A program made the position numbers and the translations under genes. A stretch of DNA of 64,000 nt from Eledone cirrhosa (lineage: Eukaryota), in NCBI GenBank assembly GCA_964016885.1, contig OZ024755.1:2232001-2296000 (forward strand). The letters run 5' to 3'. Shown here in pieces: positions 1-12,065 of this stretch. Numbering within the stretch: the stretch's first letter is position 1; each line of letters begins with the position of its first letter. Below the pieces are notes generated by a model. It ran no database searches. It was not told the DNA's origin and saw only the letters and a list, made by a program, of their open reading frames with translations.

Positions 1-350
1 TTTGATCTTGCAAGCTAGAGAGGAACTAAACTAAATAATATAAAACGGTATTTTTGTACGGCGTTCTTTCTGGCTCATCAATTTCCAGCGACTCAAACTT
101 CTGTTTAATATTGCATGACTATTCATCAACAATATCTCTAGTTCTCTCCCACAGGACGTCCGCCATTGATTATATAACTTTCAGCTCTCCGTTGACCAGA
201 CTCACTCTCTCTTCTCTACATTTTTTCCTTCACTCTTTTTTTTTTTTTTTCACCCACTTTTTTCCACATAAATACATATACAATCACACAAATCAACACG
301 CACACGTACTCACGCACTCACGCACACACACTCTCACACACACACAAACA

Positions 351-398
<48 letters not shown>

Positions 399-1264
399 TG
401 GTGGTTTTTTTTTTTTTTTTTTTTTTTTTCCTGTGATTTATCTAAATGTTGTATCAGATAGCTTTATTGTTTAAAAATGATGACGATTGTGTGTAGTTAG
501 GAGCAGTGGGAGTGAATGAGTAGCTGTGTGGTGTTGTAAGTGGATGGTGAGTCGAACAATTATGAATAGAAGTGTGTTTGGAGAACTGACAACTTAAATA
601 TATGTGTCTGTATGGATTTGTGTTTTTATATGTAAATATGTTAAAATGTGTGTGTGTGTTTTAGTTTCTATATGTGCGTGTGTATCTATACATATGTGCA
701 AGTGTGTGTGTGTGTGGGCAAACATAGGTGTGTGTGCTTGTGCAAGTGTGTGTGTGTGTGTGAGCGTGTGCAAACCTCTGTGTGTATGTGTGTGCATTGT
801 AACTTTCCGGTGGAAGGTGAAGAGGTGTATCAATAAATGTGTGTGTGTGATTGTTTTGAATTACGTGTTTTTTATGTATGTGTTACTTGCTATGAGTGTA
901 AGTATGTATGTATGTATAACTTTATATGTGTACACAATATTTATGTAGACTTTCTCTTAATTTACATATGAGGTTCGGGATTTATGTATTTTCGAGAAAG
1001 TGTATTTTGTTGGTTTCTATTTTGTATTTCTGTTCAATATGAATGTCTCTTAATGATATTTTCATTTAAAACTCAGAGAAGAATAGCAGCCAGCGTCTGT
1101 AGTTTTTGGACGCCATCTCAGACTAACCAGATTGATGAGGTTTATCAATTTGGTCAATCTGTTGGTAAATGTTTGCAAGGAAAACATGGACGATAAACTA
1201 ATTTAACAGGGTTGAGAACCTGAGAGGTCAGGCAGCCATCATCATCATCATCATCATCATAATG

Positions 1265-1553
1265 GGAAGGCGTATGGCTTAATAGTCAGGATGTTTGACA
1301 CATGTTTGTAAAGTCGTCGGTTCGATTCCAGGATGTAGTTGTGTGTTGTGTTCCCGAGCAAAACACTTCATTTCACGTTGCTACAGTATATTCAGCTGAA
1401 AGTGAGTTACCAGGAATGGCTGGGGATTTCACCCTGCGATGGACTGGTGTCCTGTCCAGGGGTGGGGCAGTCTTGTACTCTCAGTCGCTTCTCGCCACAA
1501 AAACCGGGATAAACATCGGCCTGGTGAACTTCCGGCATCGAGACAGACTTTAG
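1265..1553 (+). mobile_element. tRNA-derived CORE-type SINE, family A, full length
   Basis: A-box-like TGGCTTAATAG, B-box GGTTCGATTCC, CORE-like GTGTTGTGTTCCCGAGCAAAACACTTCATTTCAC...CAGCTGAAAGTGAGT, and tail CCCTGCGATGGACTGGTGTCCTGTCCAGGG. Homologous copies at 19290, 25864 and 35520. Confidence 0.85.
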
Positions 1554-2070
1554 AAACAGTTATTTTACATTGCTGATAAATGTCTTGTATACAAGCTAAA
1601 ATATATGTGGTATAACATAACTATGGAGCCACGAAGTTGTCACTAGACTTACTAAATATAGCAGCCAAAACCACACTCTGTCGTCATAAATACTGACAGA
1701 AATGTATTAGGCAATGGCAGCTCTGATTTACAAAATGGCGAAATTATTATGACTGTGGTGGCTGTGGTGACTGTGGTGGCTTTGATTATAGGTTGGCAGG
1801 ATTAGTGCTGACCTGGAAATAAACAACAGCAACCTCTTGTACTAGTATTCCAAAAATATGCATATTCATAGAGAAAGAATCAATATATTGTTTACTTCTG
1901 CTTTTGAATTTACAAATATATCAAACTGTAATGGCATTTGATTAAAAACATGAAGACAGACTCTTTAATTCTTGCCTCCCTTGCCATTTATTAAAAGTTG
2001 TTTGAGTCTTTTTTTTTTTTTTATCTGTGTGATTGGCTACCAATTTTGGTACGTATGCTGTCTCGAGTGA

Positions 2071-2113
<43 letters not shown>

Positions 2114-2195
2114 TGTGTGTCTGTGTTTACATATATATACATATATATACACATATGTGTGTGTGTATACACATATATATATATTTATGTGTGTG

Positions 2196-2350
2196 AAAGC
2201 GCGTGGCTTGGAGTTTACGGTATTCTGTTCACGATAGTAAGGTTGTGAGTTCGATTCCCAGTGCTACACTGTGCTGGCTAAAACGAAGGGCTAGCCTCGT
2301 CACACTCTGCTTAACGTTGAATCTCCGAGAACTACATTGAGAGTACATTT
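2196..2350 (+). mobile_element. tRNA-headed SINE, family C, internally deleted
   Basis: B-box GAGTTCGATTCC; body GCTAGCCTCGTCACACTCTG...GAATCTCCGAGAACTAC is shared with 27147-27470 and 41680-41848. Confidence 0.6.
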
Positions 2351-2930
2351 CTCAAACCCCTGAAGACTAGATTTTTTTTTTTTTTTTTTTTTTTTTTGTA
2401 GAGGCGGGATTTACTTCGACTCCTCGTAGCTTCATCACTGTTGTGAGAGTTTTGTGGCGGAGGGAGGAAGCTCACAGGGTTACCCATAGCTTCATCTACC
2501 CTAGTAGTTAACCGCTGTTAGTCTGGAGTTGTTAATTCATCCGATAGGAACCCGTTTATATCGTAACCAATCCTCGTATCTGGTGGCCGTATCGTTATCA
2601 GCCCGCCACCTGGGACCCATTCTCTATCAGAACAACTAAATACTTCTCACCTTATTTGCTAGTCTGTTCTCTAAAGCAAAACACCAAGATGTTTCACCTG
2701 ATCAATTCTACGTCAATTTCAAAATGGCGCTGAAATGGCGTCAACGAAGGATATTGACTCTCTTTTCTTTTCTTGCCGCGTTTCTCCCAAGTCTTTCTTT
2801 CTTTATTATGGCGGACTTTAGTACAAAGCTCTAATATTTCCATTACATTCAGCCTGCAAATAATGGTAATATACGGTCTCTTATCTCTTTAGTAACCCAG
2901 TGCAATTATTTTTCAGTTTTATTCACATAT

Positions 2931-2970
<40 letters not shown>

Positions 2971-2973
<3 letters not shown>

Positions 2974-3277
2974 ATGCTTAATTAAAAGCATTTTGAAGAC
3001 CTTACGCTATTGTTTTAAAGTAGTGACTGTCACTTCTTTTTCAACAAACAAAGGGAGATAAGCTGACAGATCTGTTTCATACTGTTGGTATTCCTCAGAG
3101 ATTAGCACTCCCCCTGTCTGTTGCAAAATTATGAATGTTGGATTCTTATAGAATTCCAGCAGTATGAAACAGATCTGTCAGCTTATCTCCCTTTGTTTGT
3201 TGAAAAAAAAAAGTGACATAGTCACTACTTTAAAACAATAGCGTAAGGTCTTCGAAGTGCTTTTAATTAAGCATACA
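2971..3277. mobile_element. Fold-back (inverted-arm) element, PLE pLTR-like
   Basis: About 123-bp inverted arms (2971-3093 and 3151-3277), abutting (TA)n on the left; contains a hammerhead motif. Confidence 0.75.
3059..3104 (-). ncRNA. Minimal type-I hammerhead ribozyme
   Basis: Minus strand: TAATCT-CTGAGGA-ATAC caaca GTAT-GAAA-CAGATCTG-TC/AGCTTA. Stem I 5 of 6 pairs, stem II 4 bp, palindromic stem III, GUC triplet. Confidence 0.7.
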
Positions 3278-3456
3278 GTGTATTACCAAATACACTATAT
3301 ACATTCATATATATATATCGCTATTTCAAAGCATCAATTCTAATATATATATATATATTTAAGAGTTAAACAAGATTCAATGAATACATCAAAGAATGAG
3401 TTTTACAATAGATTGGAAGCACTCAACAAGTAATGTTTTCCAGAGTTATTAATATT

Positions 3457-3631
3457 AATTCAAAATATTAACAAAATAGATATTCTTGTGATCAATTATA
3501 TTTTATTATACATATTTCAGAGGTACTTTTATCTGATGAGGACGTACTGTTGAACTTAACTCAGTACCTCTGAAATATGTATAATAAAATATAATTGATC
3601 ACAAGAATATCTATTTTGTTAATATTTTGAA

Positions 3632-3633
<2 letters not shown>
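3457..3633. mobile_element. Fold-back element with hammerhead-like core
   Basis: Perfect 71-bp inverted arms (3457-3527 and 3563-3633); CTGATGA at 3533, stem GTACTG/CAGTAC, GAAA at 3572. Related copy at 50258-50320. Confidence 0.7.
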
Positions 3634-3671
<38 letters not shown>

Positions 3672-4082
3672 CACATTTGCGCGTTAGCCTGTGTTTTTCT
3701 ATGTCAGCCTTTCTCTCTCTCTCTCTCTGTGAGTGTGTCTGTGTGCCTGTCTGTGTGTTTGTTTGCGTTTGAGTGGGGGGGGGGGCTGTGTATATGTGTG
3801 TGATAGAAAAGAAAGACAAGCTGATTGATTAAAACCAATTAGCAGAGGGTTGCAGGTGTTGAACGATCCATCGAATAGATTTCTATAAGTATTTATAAAA
3901 CTTTCTCTTTCCTTAATTAGCACAATACCATCTGATTGCCAATTATTTAATGTAAGAGAGCTTCTGGAGGTGCTGGGTCGCCATATCCCAGTACATGCGT
4001 AGCTACCTTTTACACACATGCACGCGCGCACACACACCGACACGTACATACACACCCCGACACGCCATTTATTAATATATAA

Positions 4083-4272
4083 GGGCGGTGGATTGGCAGT
4101 ATCGGTAGAGGGTCGGACGCCATGCTTTGACACATAGTTACGGCCCTTGCCATTCTGAGTTCAAATCCCGCCGAGGTTAACTTTGCCTTTCATCCTTACG
4201 AGATCGATAAAATAAAGTACCAGTAATGCACTGGGTAATTGCTGGCCTTGTGCCAAAAGTAGAAACAATTAT
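4083..4272 (+). mobile_element. tRNA-derived SINE, family B (Nin/Deu-like central domain)
   Basis: TGGCAGTATCGG A-box, GAGTTCAAATCC B-box, GCCTTTCATCCTTACG..GTCGATAAAATAAAGTACCAG domain, tail GGCCTTGTGCCAAAAGTAGAAAC. More than 15 full or partial copies in the window. Confidence 0.85.
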
Positions 4273-4384
4273 TGATATTAATGATACTCCGGGAAAATCC
4301 TGTTGAGTGCTTCTAATCTGTTGTAAATTAACTTTGTTGAATAATCAACAAACCAAATAACTCATTGTTTTTATATATATGTCT

Positions 4385-4565
4385 AAGGCGGGTAAAATTC
4401 CCGAGATCCATGGACGAGTTCTCTCCAGCGGTCTCTGTCCCTCATTATCGCTGCCATGTCCTGCGTCTCCAACAGACCAGTGTCTGTCCTTAGGGCATCA
4501 ACATACGTTAACCTTGGTCTTCCTCTTCTAGTGTGTCCATGTAGGGGCTCCCAAAGGAGCACTGA

Positions 4566-4566
<1 letters not shown>
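4385..4566 (-). mobile_element. RTE-clade LINE 3' fragment
   Basis: Translation VLLWEPLHGHTRRGRPRLTYVDALRTDTG...RDRDRWRELV matches the RTE ORF2 C-terminus. Confidence 0.8.
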
Positions 4567-4605
<39 letters not shown>

Positions 4606-4607
<2 letters not shown>

Positions 4608-4790
4608 CGAAGGAGTTGTGGTAAGGAACCAGATGGACCATAACGCACCAGAGTACTCAATACTTAGGGTAGTAGAGTGGGTAATAAGAGAAAGTATGAC
4701 CCCGACGGCAGAGCTCAAGCCGTTTCGACGGCTATTTCTGGACTAAAGTCGACGACTTGAGCTCTACCGTCGGGGTCATACTTTCTCCTA
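4606..4790. mobile_element. Short TA-inserted repeat with terminal hairpin (family D)
   Basis: Inverted arms 4688-4729 and 4748-4787; homologues at 29030-29180 and 51553-51770; all copies flanked by (TA)n/(GA)n. Confidence 0.7.
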
Positions 4791-5112
4791 TATAGATATA
4801 TAGATAGATGTTAACATACAAACCAATGGACATCAAGCCATTCTCGGACAGTGGGTGCAAAATGGAGAGGGGCTCCATTATGCATGAATATGAGGTAATT
4901 AATGTTGTCCCAAGTGGTCAAAGTTGACCAATCATCTTCTTGCAGCATGGCTAGGGGGTTTCTTTCCTGAATATTCGAATAAACAAAAAATCAACCATAC
5001 TCTGAAACTGGAGAAATGTTCATGGTTTTACATTATATTGGGCGAATTCTTAAATGACCCTTAAATGTTATTCTTTGTATGAGTCCGGAACCCATGTGTG
5101 TGTGTGCGTATA

Positions 5113-5155
<43 letters not shown>

Positions 5156-5171
5156 GGGTTCATATGCTCAT

Positions 5172-5202
<31 letters not shown>

Positions 5203-5244
5203 ATATATAATATACGCGGTGTGTATGATTGTGTATAGAAGATT

Positions 5245-5558
5245 ATATTAATAAAAGGAATTCCAACTTTGTTTGATTTACTCGTTTTATTTACAATCCT
5301 TTAAAATTATAATATTATAATGAAATAGTATGATAGAATATTAAATGTTAATTGAACAAGTACTTTCATGCTTTCGCAATCTTCAGGTTCATATTCAGTG
5401 GTGAATTTTCATTGCAAACTTTACTGAAAGTACTTGTTCAATTAAAATTTAACATTTAATATTCTATCATACTCTTTCATTATAATATCATTATAATTTT
5501 AAAGGATTGTAAATAAAACGAGTAAATCAGACAAAGTTGGAATTCCTTTTATTAATAT
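5245..5558. mobile_element. Fold-back element with hammerhead ribozyme
   Basis: About 125-bp inverted arms (5245-5368 and 5425-5558); right end runs into (TA)n. Confidence 0.75.
5353..5391 (-). ncRNA. Minimal type-I hammerhead ribozyme
   Basis: Minus strand: TGAAC-CTGAAGA-T-TGC gaaa GCA-T-GAAA-GTAC-TT-GTTCA. Perfect 5-bp stem I, GNRA-capped stem II, palindromic AAGTACTT stem III. Confidence 0.65.
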
Positions 5559-5760
5559 ATATATATATATATATATACATACATGCATACATACACATAC
5601 ATGCATACATACGCATACATGCATACATATATACATACATACACATATACATGTTTTTCTAGTTGTATCCACCATGTTTGTTGGACTACTGTCATGGACG
5701 CAATCTCCATATACGGACATGCTATCCATATACGGTAGTTATGTGTCTATTAGTCTTTAC

Positions 5761-5978
5761 CTTTCATCTCTAATTAGGCAATTCATTGCACGGTCTATCA
5801 ATATGTAAGACAGAAGTAGGAGTAGGATGTTTGAAAAGAAATCTGTAAGCGATATTTTTGCATATAAATCTCGTGTTGAAATTTGATGTGGCTTTAATTT
5901 GTAATTATGCAGAGTAAACCTGAAACATTTCAAAAGCGTTAGTTCATTAAAATGCCGCAGAGTGGCGCTGTTCATCAT
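5761..5978 (-). CDS. Candidate first coding exon of a secreted or membrane protein
   Basis: Acceptor TTTTATTCAG (exon start 5986), ATG at 5978, 72 non-repetitive open codons with hydrophobic FFSNILLLLLSYILI, ending at donor AAG|GTAAAG at 5761. Confidence 0.35.
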
Positions 5979-6099
5979 CTTTAGAACTGAATAAAAGCTT
6001 CATAATCATCAGAGGGAGTGATACCAGCCAAACGAATACTCTGCCACCGTCGTCGGTAATTATAGGATTGAAACATATTTCGATTTACCAGCAGCAGCA

Positions 6100-6790
6100 T
6101 CTTCATCATCGTCGTGGTCGTTGTCATAATTATCACCATCATCATCATCACTATCATCACCATCGTCGCCATCGACATACACCACCACCTTCATCACCAT
6201 CATATACCATCATCATCACCATCCTCATTATCATCACCATCATCATCACCACCACCACCACCGCCGTCATCACCATCACTACAACCATACACCAACTTCA
6301 TCCCCATAACCACCATACACCGCCATCATCACCACCATCGTCATCGTCATCACCGTCACCACAACCATACACCACCACCATCATCATCATCACTACCCCA
6401 TCACCACCACCACCATACACCACCATCACCACCACCATCATCATCACTATCACCACCATACACCACCAACATCCCTACCATACACCATCATCACCACCAC
6501 CAACACCATCATACACCACCATCACCACCACCACCAACATCCCCATCATACACCACCATCACCACCACCAACACCACCATACACCATCATCACCACCACC
6601 AACACCATCATACACCACCATCATACACCATCACCACCATACACCACCACCATCATACACCATCACCACCATACACCACCACCATCATACACCACCAACA
6701 CCATCACCACCATACACCACCACCATCATCATCACCAACACCATCATCATCACTATCACCATCACCACCACCATCATCATCATCGTTATC
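6100..6790. repeat. Compound (CAT/CAC/ACC)n trinucleotide array
   Basis: Direct inspection. Confidence 0.95.
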
Positions 6791-7261
6791 CTCCCACAGA
6801 TATTCATCTTCGAAGTTTCACATTACTTAAACCATTCAATCAATGATGTCACCCTTTAAACCCAACTCCTCAACTTCTACCACAGCCGACATTTGCCTTA
6901 TAATCTAAAAGTCCGCCCAGTTTTGATTCATTTTTCACATAAAAATATGATTACATTATAGATGTGGGTAACAGGTGGACACATAATTGGGACGTTGCGA
7001 GAAGGTTTGATATTTCTGTGTGAATTATAAAACATTTTTGTTATATCGTTATACTTGGGGAGGGTCATATTGTTGTAATAATATTGCCAGAAATAATAAC
7101 AGAACACACTCACTGTTTGGTTGTTTTTGCTTCAGTATCTTTTATATCTCCATAGTTAATTTATTTGGCAATCAATGTTTATCATTGATTGACCAACGGT
7201 TAAAAATACAGATAGACTATATATATATATATATTTTAATAATTATATATATATATATTTA

Positions 7262-7306
7262 TATCAAAGTACTTTCGTTACACATCTGCAACATCATCAG
7301 TGGTAC
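7262..7306 (-). ncRNA. Minimal type-I hammerhead ribozyme
   Basis: Minus strand: TACCA-CTGATGA-T-GTTGCA gatg TGTAAC-GAAA-GTAC-TT-TGATA. 6-bp stem II, palindromic AAAGTACTTT, adjacent to (TA)n. Confidence 0.65.
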
Positions 7307-7510
7307 TATTATGTTCCCTCCTATTGTATTGTATTGTATTGTATGGTAATATTATCCGAATTAGAAAAAGGTCGACAAGATCTTAGACCTCATTCGCTTT
7401 CCATGTGGGGTGGGATTCGTCAGATCGGGCCAAGGAAACAATGTTTCCATTGGTCTGTTTAATTGCTAATGCTATCCACCGGTTGCAACGTGAGTGAATG
7501 AACAGGTAGT

Positions 7511-7730
7511 TATATCAAGAAACGTATATTTACAACATTCAAAGAATTTAGACTAAGTATTAATGGTCAAAGCAAACCTTACAGCGATAAATTTACTCAA
7601 TGTCAGGTTCAATCCGAACACGAAAATATAGAAGCCGTTTAATAAACCCTGTAGTGAACACTTCAGTATACATCCTCACCCAATCCAACTAATCACACAG
7701 AAATTCATGAGCCGTGTATTAATACGTATC
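7511..7730 (+). pseudogene. Penelope-like element reverse transcriptase fragment
   Basis: YIKKRIFTTFKEFRLSI / KANLTAINLLNVRFNPNTKI*KPFNKP...QSN* resembles the PLE RT C-terminal region (FK..GL.I...N...VNFLDV.F...Y.KP...SNHP); frameshifts and stops present. Confidence 0.65.
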
Positions 7731-8759
7731 AAAAACAAAATGGAAGAATAAAGTACTTAGTAACATCATAGAATCGCATTAAGGCAACGCACCACTCTGA
7801 CCAAGAATTGAACTCAGACCCTTACAATCATAGGCCTATCACTCTTACCACTTAGCCACTCGCCTTCACTGGAAGTATTATGCTGCCACCCTGTATTACG
7901 CATCGTAATTTGGCAAAGTCTCTCTTTGGATAGACCCTATAAAAGCTTTTCACAGTTCGTTAGTGACACAAACATAACATCTACATAATTGTTGTTAGAT
8001 TTCAATCCCAAGGAAATATTCGCCAAGTTAAATTGCAAACCTCATTGGTTAAATTTATATTAACCAATCATATGATTTTAATTACTGTGTTTGTTCAGGT
8101 TGTCGCTGTTCTTGGCCATGTTTTGTTTTCGTAGCTGTTGTTGTCCTTGGTGATGTCCTTCTTTATAAACTAACACATTTATACACATTCACACACATGC
8201 GCACGCACGCATGCACACGCACACCGAAAGAGAGAAAGAAAGAGGGGGGTGGAAGAAAGCAAATAAAAAATCTTTTACATTTATTTTATCATTTCTGTAA
8301 ATTTCACCTGAAAATGTTGGCAGCTATGAAGTAATCAACTAAAACAGAGAGAAGGTAGGTATATACACACAATATATACAAATATACATACATATATATA
8401 TACATACATATATACATACATATGTATGTATGTATATATAATGTATGACTGTGTCTCTCTCTCTGAATGTTATCGTAACTTTCAACAAAATAAATGCGGA
8501 TGTATTAAAGAAATTCAGAAGAACCCACGGGAATTTGATATTTGAGAATAAAAGCTCTTTTCCAGTTTTAGAATCTCGCTATTTTCTTTCAGCGTTCCAC
8601 ATAAATGTTTTTGTTGGAAGCTGTCATGACATTTCCAGATATGGTTCGGTTTAGGGTCACTTAGTGCAGTCACGTGGTAAGGTCATGACAAGAATATCCA
8701 AAGAGGAAATGGGCGGATTACATCTAGGTATTGACCGGTAACGTCTTGACAAAAGTTTC

Positions 8760-8804
8760 TGAACTAAAAAGAGTTCCGTGTTTGAGAAAGTTTGAGAAAC
8801 CCTG
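8760..8804. mobile_element. hAT/Charlie-type MITE terminus
   Basis: GTTCCGTG...AAAGTTTGAGAAACCCTG resembles a Charlie-type TIR; partner end not identified. Confidence 0.4.
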
Positions 8805-9047
8805 GATTGTCAACACTATTAAAGCGATAGACGAAATTCTTTTAGGGTCTTTATGTTCTGATTTCAAATTCGGTCGATGTCAATTTTTGCCTTTCGTCCT
8901 TCCGAGGTCGATAGTACTAGTCAAGTAGCAGTGGGATCGATTTAATCAATTCCCCCATCCCATCCCATACCCCCTACACTCCCCCGCATACTCAAAACTG
9001 CCGGCCTTGTGCTTAAATTAGAAAAAGAAATTTTTACAACTTGGTTT

Positions 9048-9250
9048 GTATCGGTAGAGAGTCGGACGCCATGCTTTGCAGCATAGAGTTACAGCCCTTT
9101 ATGGTCTGAGTTCAAATCCCGCCGAGGTTAACTTTGCCTTTCATCCTTACGGGGTCGATGAAATAAAGTACCAGTAACGTACTGGGGTCGATTTAATCGA
9201 CTTTCCCCTCCCCCCAAATTGCTGATCTTGTGACTATATCAGAAACCATT
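9048..9250 (+). mobile_element. SINE family B
   Basis: High similarity to 4083-4272. Confidence 0.85.
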
Positions 9251-11923
9251 ATCATATTTTTTAATTCATTAAAATATTCTATTGATATTTGTTTTGTTTC
9301 TTTTTTAAATCTTTTCTCTTTCAAATCTTTTCTCTTTCTTTGTTCAGTCTCAATTTCCTTAATCCTCCCCATCCTTCCTGATTAAATATATTTGTATTAA
9401 GTATGGATTGATCGCAGATTAGCTTAAGTGGTATTATTGCTTCAATTGTTGTTGTGGTGGTAGTGGTGTCAATTGTTTTGTTATCAATGATAGTGGTGTT
9501 GGTGATGGAGTTAGTATTGTTGGCGGCGATGTTATTGGTGTTGATGTTGTTTATGGTGGCGATCTTAGAACATTGTATTAGCAGTAATAGAGGTGGTTGT
9601 GGTGGTGATGGAGGTGGTGGTTAATTTGCACTAAATTGGCCAAGTTGGCTAGAATGGTTTACCGTATTCGTTCCATCTTTCTACTCTCGGAGTTCAAATC
9701 CCGGTGAGTTCAACTTTGCCTTTCATCTTTTCGAAGTCGATAAAAAAAGATATCAGTCAAGTACTGGATTCGATTCTCTATCTCTATCTCTCTAAATAGA
9801 AAAGAATAGTTTAGAAAGAGTTATGATGACAGTAATGGTGGATGTGGTTCTGCTTGTCTTGAAAGTTGTGGTGGTAGTAGTTTTGATGATAGTAATATTA
9901 GTATTGTTGTTGATGCCGTTGTTTAACTTGATTAAAGATAACCTATGGTGAAAGATGTTCCTCCGTGATCATCTTGTCATCTCATCAGACATAGTATATC
10001 CAGCTATCCAGGACTCCACTTTCGGTACTTAATCGTAATCTCAACTCCTGTGGCTTTAAACAAACGAAGAACGTATCTTTCTGAATACAACGCAAATCTA
10101 TTACAGGGAACACACCCCAGAAAAACAACATTTCTTGCTACTTATTCAAAATTAAGCCAAGTGAGACATTATAAATAGAATTATGACTGGTGGGTGGCAT
10201 ATGAACTTAACACTTAAAACTTCCTTCAGTAACTTTAAATGGACGGGTGATAATCCTTCTTTTGCTTAAGTCAATATCAAATAATTTCACCAGATGATCA
10301 CTAGATGAATAGACCCACATAACATGCAGCAAAATTCGGGCCTCAAACTTAAAAAAAATAATAGTTCAAGTTTTCGAAGAGAAGTTTTACTTCTAGCCTG
10401 ATAGCTGACAAACCTCCTCCCCCCCCCCCCCCCCCCCCCGGTATATTATCAGGTTATCAAGTACTTCACCCTGCCTAAATCACTATACAATCGGAAAAGG
10501 TTATCGTATGTATATAGCAAAAACAACGGAAGTTGCTTAAAAGAAAATACCATATGTAAACGTAGAGATTTTTAGGTGATGAAAACATGAGTTTAACAAG
10601 ATAAGAGCATTACTATAATAAGATAAACTAACAATTATCGCTTAGTTGGACGAGTTTAACATGGCGATAATGAAGCCAGGACATAAAACTATTTCTTTTA
10701 AACCTGCTCTAAAGATAAAAACATACAAAATATTTTTAAAAATCAAAAAAAAATTGACTTCAGTACTTAACCTGTACTTATTTTATTGATACGTTGAAGG
10801 CTGAAAGGTTAAGACAGCCAGGGCAGGATTTGAACTCGGATCTTGATACAACATTAGTGAAATATTCAAAATCAGTGCCTTTATAACTTATGTGCTCACA
10901 CACAATCTCACGTCTATTTGCACACACGCACGCATTAATTAATTATGCTTAACGCTATATTAGTGCAACTGCCAATTAATTATAACCAACCGAATTTCGC
11001 AATATATGCTAATGGGCATTTCCAGCCGATGTTTTTTTTTTATTTGCTATATGCAAATGAGCACCTCCAGCAAACTTTCAATTCTCAAAATCATTGACTC
11101 TAGAAATAGTGGCCATATTTCCCACCCCACTCCACCCCAACTCATTCCACTCCGCTCCACCCTGCCCGACTCCACCACATTCCACCTAATTCCGTCCCAT
11201 TCCACCCTGCCCGACTCTGCTCCACCTCACTCCACCCTACTCCACCCTACTCCACCTCAACTCACCTCACCCCACCCTACTCGACCATACTTCGCCCCAT
11301 CATACCCCACTCCACTCCACCACCCCACTTTACATATTTACCATCTGACTTTATACTTAACAGGCAGTAATTATTGTTTACTTTAATTATATATTAAACT
11401 AATTACAGTCAGTTGGAAAAATAAACATTCTAGAAATCAGAAATCTCTGATATCAGAAGCAAATCTTTTTATTGCACTAATTAACATTATTATTACAATC
11501 AATTTAATTAACGTGACTACTCATTTAAATATTTATTAACTACCATTTGGTTTAAATATTTAGAGTATTTTTAGCTCCGTAACGTAGCAGAGAAATTAGT
11601 GCTGTACGATATCTGAAAAATTGGTAGAAGTTTCGTTATCTTGTATTTTGAGTTCGAATCCTGCGCATTGGGTCAACGCTGTTTGTCATTCGTAGAAGAG
11701 TTCGATAAAATAATGTCCCTATCAAGTAATGGGATCGATTCTATTGATTACATCACGACTTAGTTTCTGATATGAAACTAAAGCTATACAACATAATCGT
11801 GACAATCGGGGTAGGCATAAGACCACAAGCTATAAATATTGGTTTCTTATATAGGCACAAGGCCAGCAATTTGGTGGGAGGGGAAGTTGATTAAATCGAC
11901 CCCAGTGTGTGACTGCTATTTTA

Positions 11924-12065
11924 GGGCGGTGAATTGGCAGTATCGGTAGAGAGTCGGACGCCATGCTTTGCAGCATAGTTACTGCCCTTTATTATCTGAG
12001 TTCAAATCCCGCCGAGGTTAACTTTGCCTTTCATCCTTACGGGGTCAATAAAATAAAGTACTAGT
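11924..12065 (+). mobile_element. SINE family B, 3' truncated
   Basis: GGCGGTGAATTGGCAGTATCGG...GAGTTCAAATCCCGCCGAGG... Confidence 0.8.

Noticed and set aside
1-210. Short minus-strand ORFs (MADVLWERTRDIVDE) and YY1-like motifs near 2720
   Set aside because: Terminate quickly, lack splice support, and context is cut by the window edge.
1265-1340. tRNA genes at the many A/B-box sites
   Set aside because: No intact cloverleaf is seen and the heads continue into SINE bodies.
6068-6859. His-rich ORFs (also 33275-33879)
   Set aside because: CAT/CAC arrays open in multiple frames, with no unique coding flanks.
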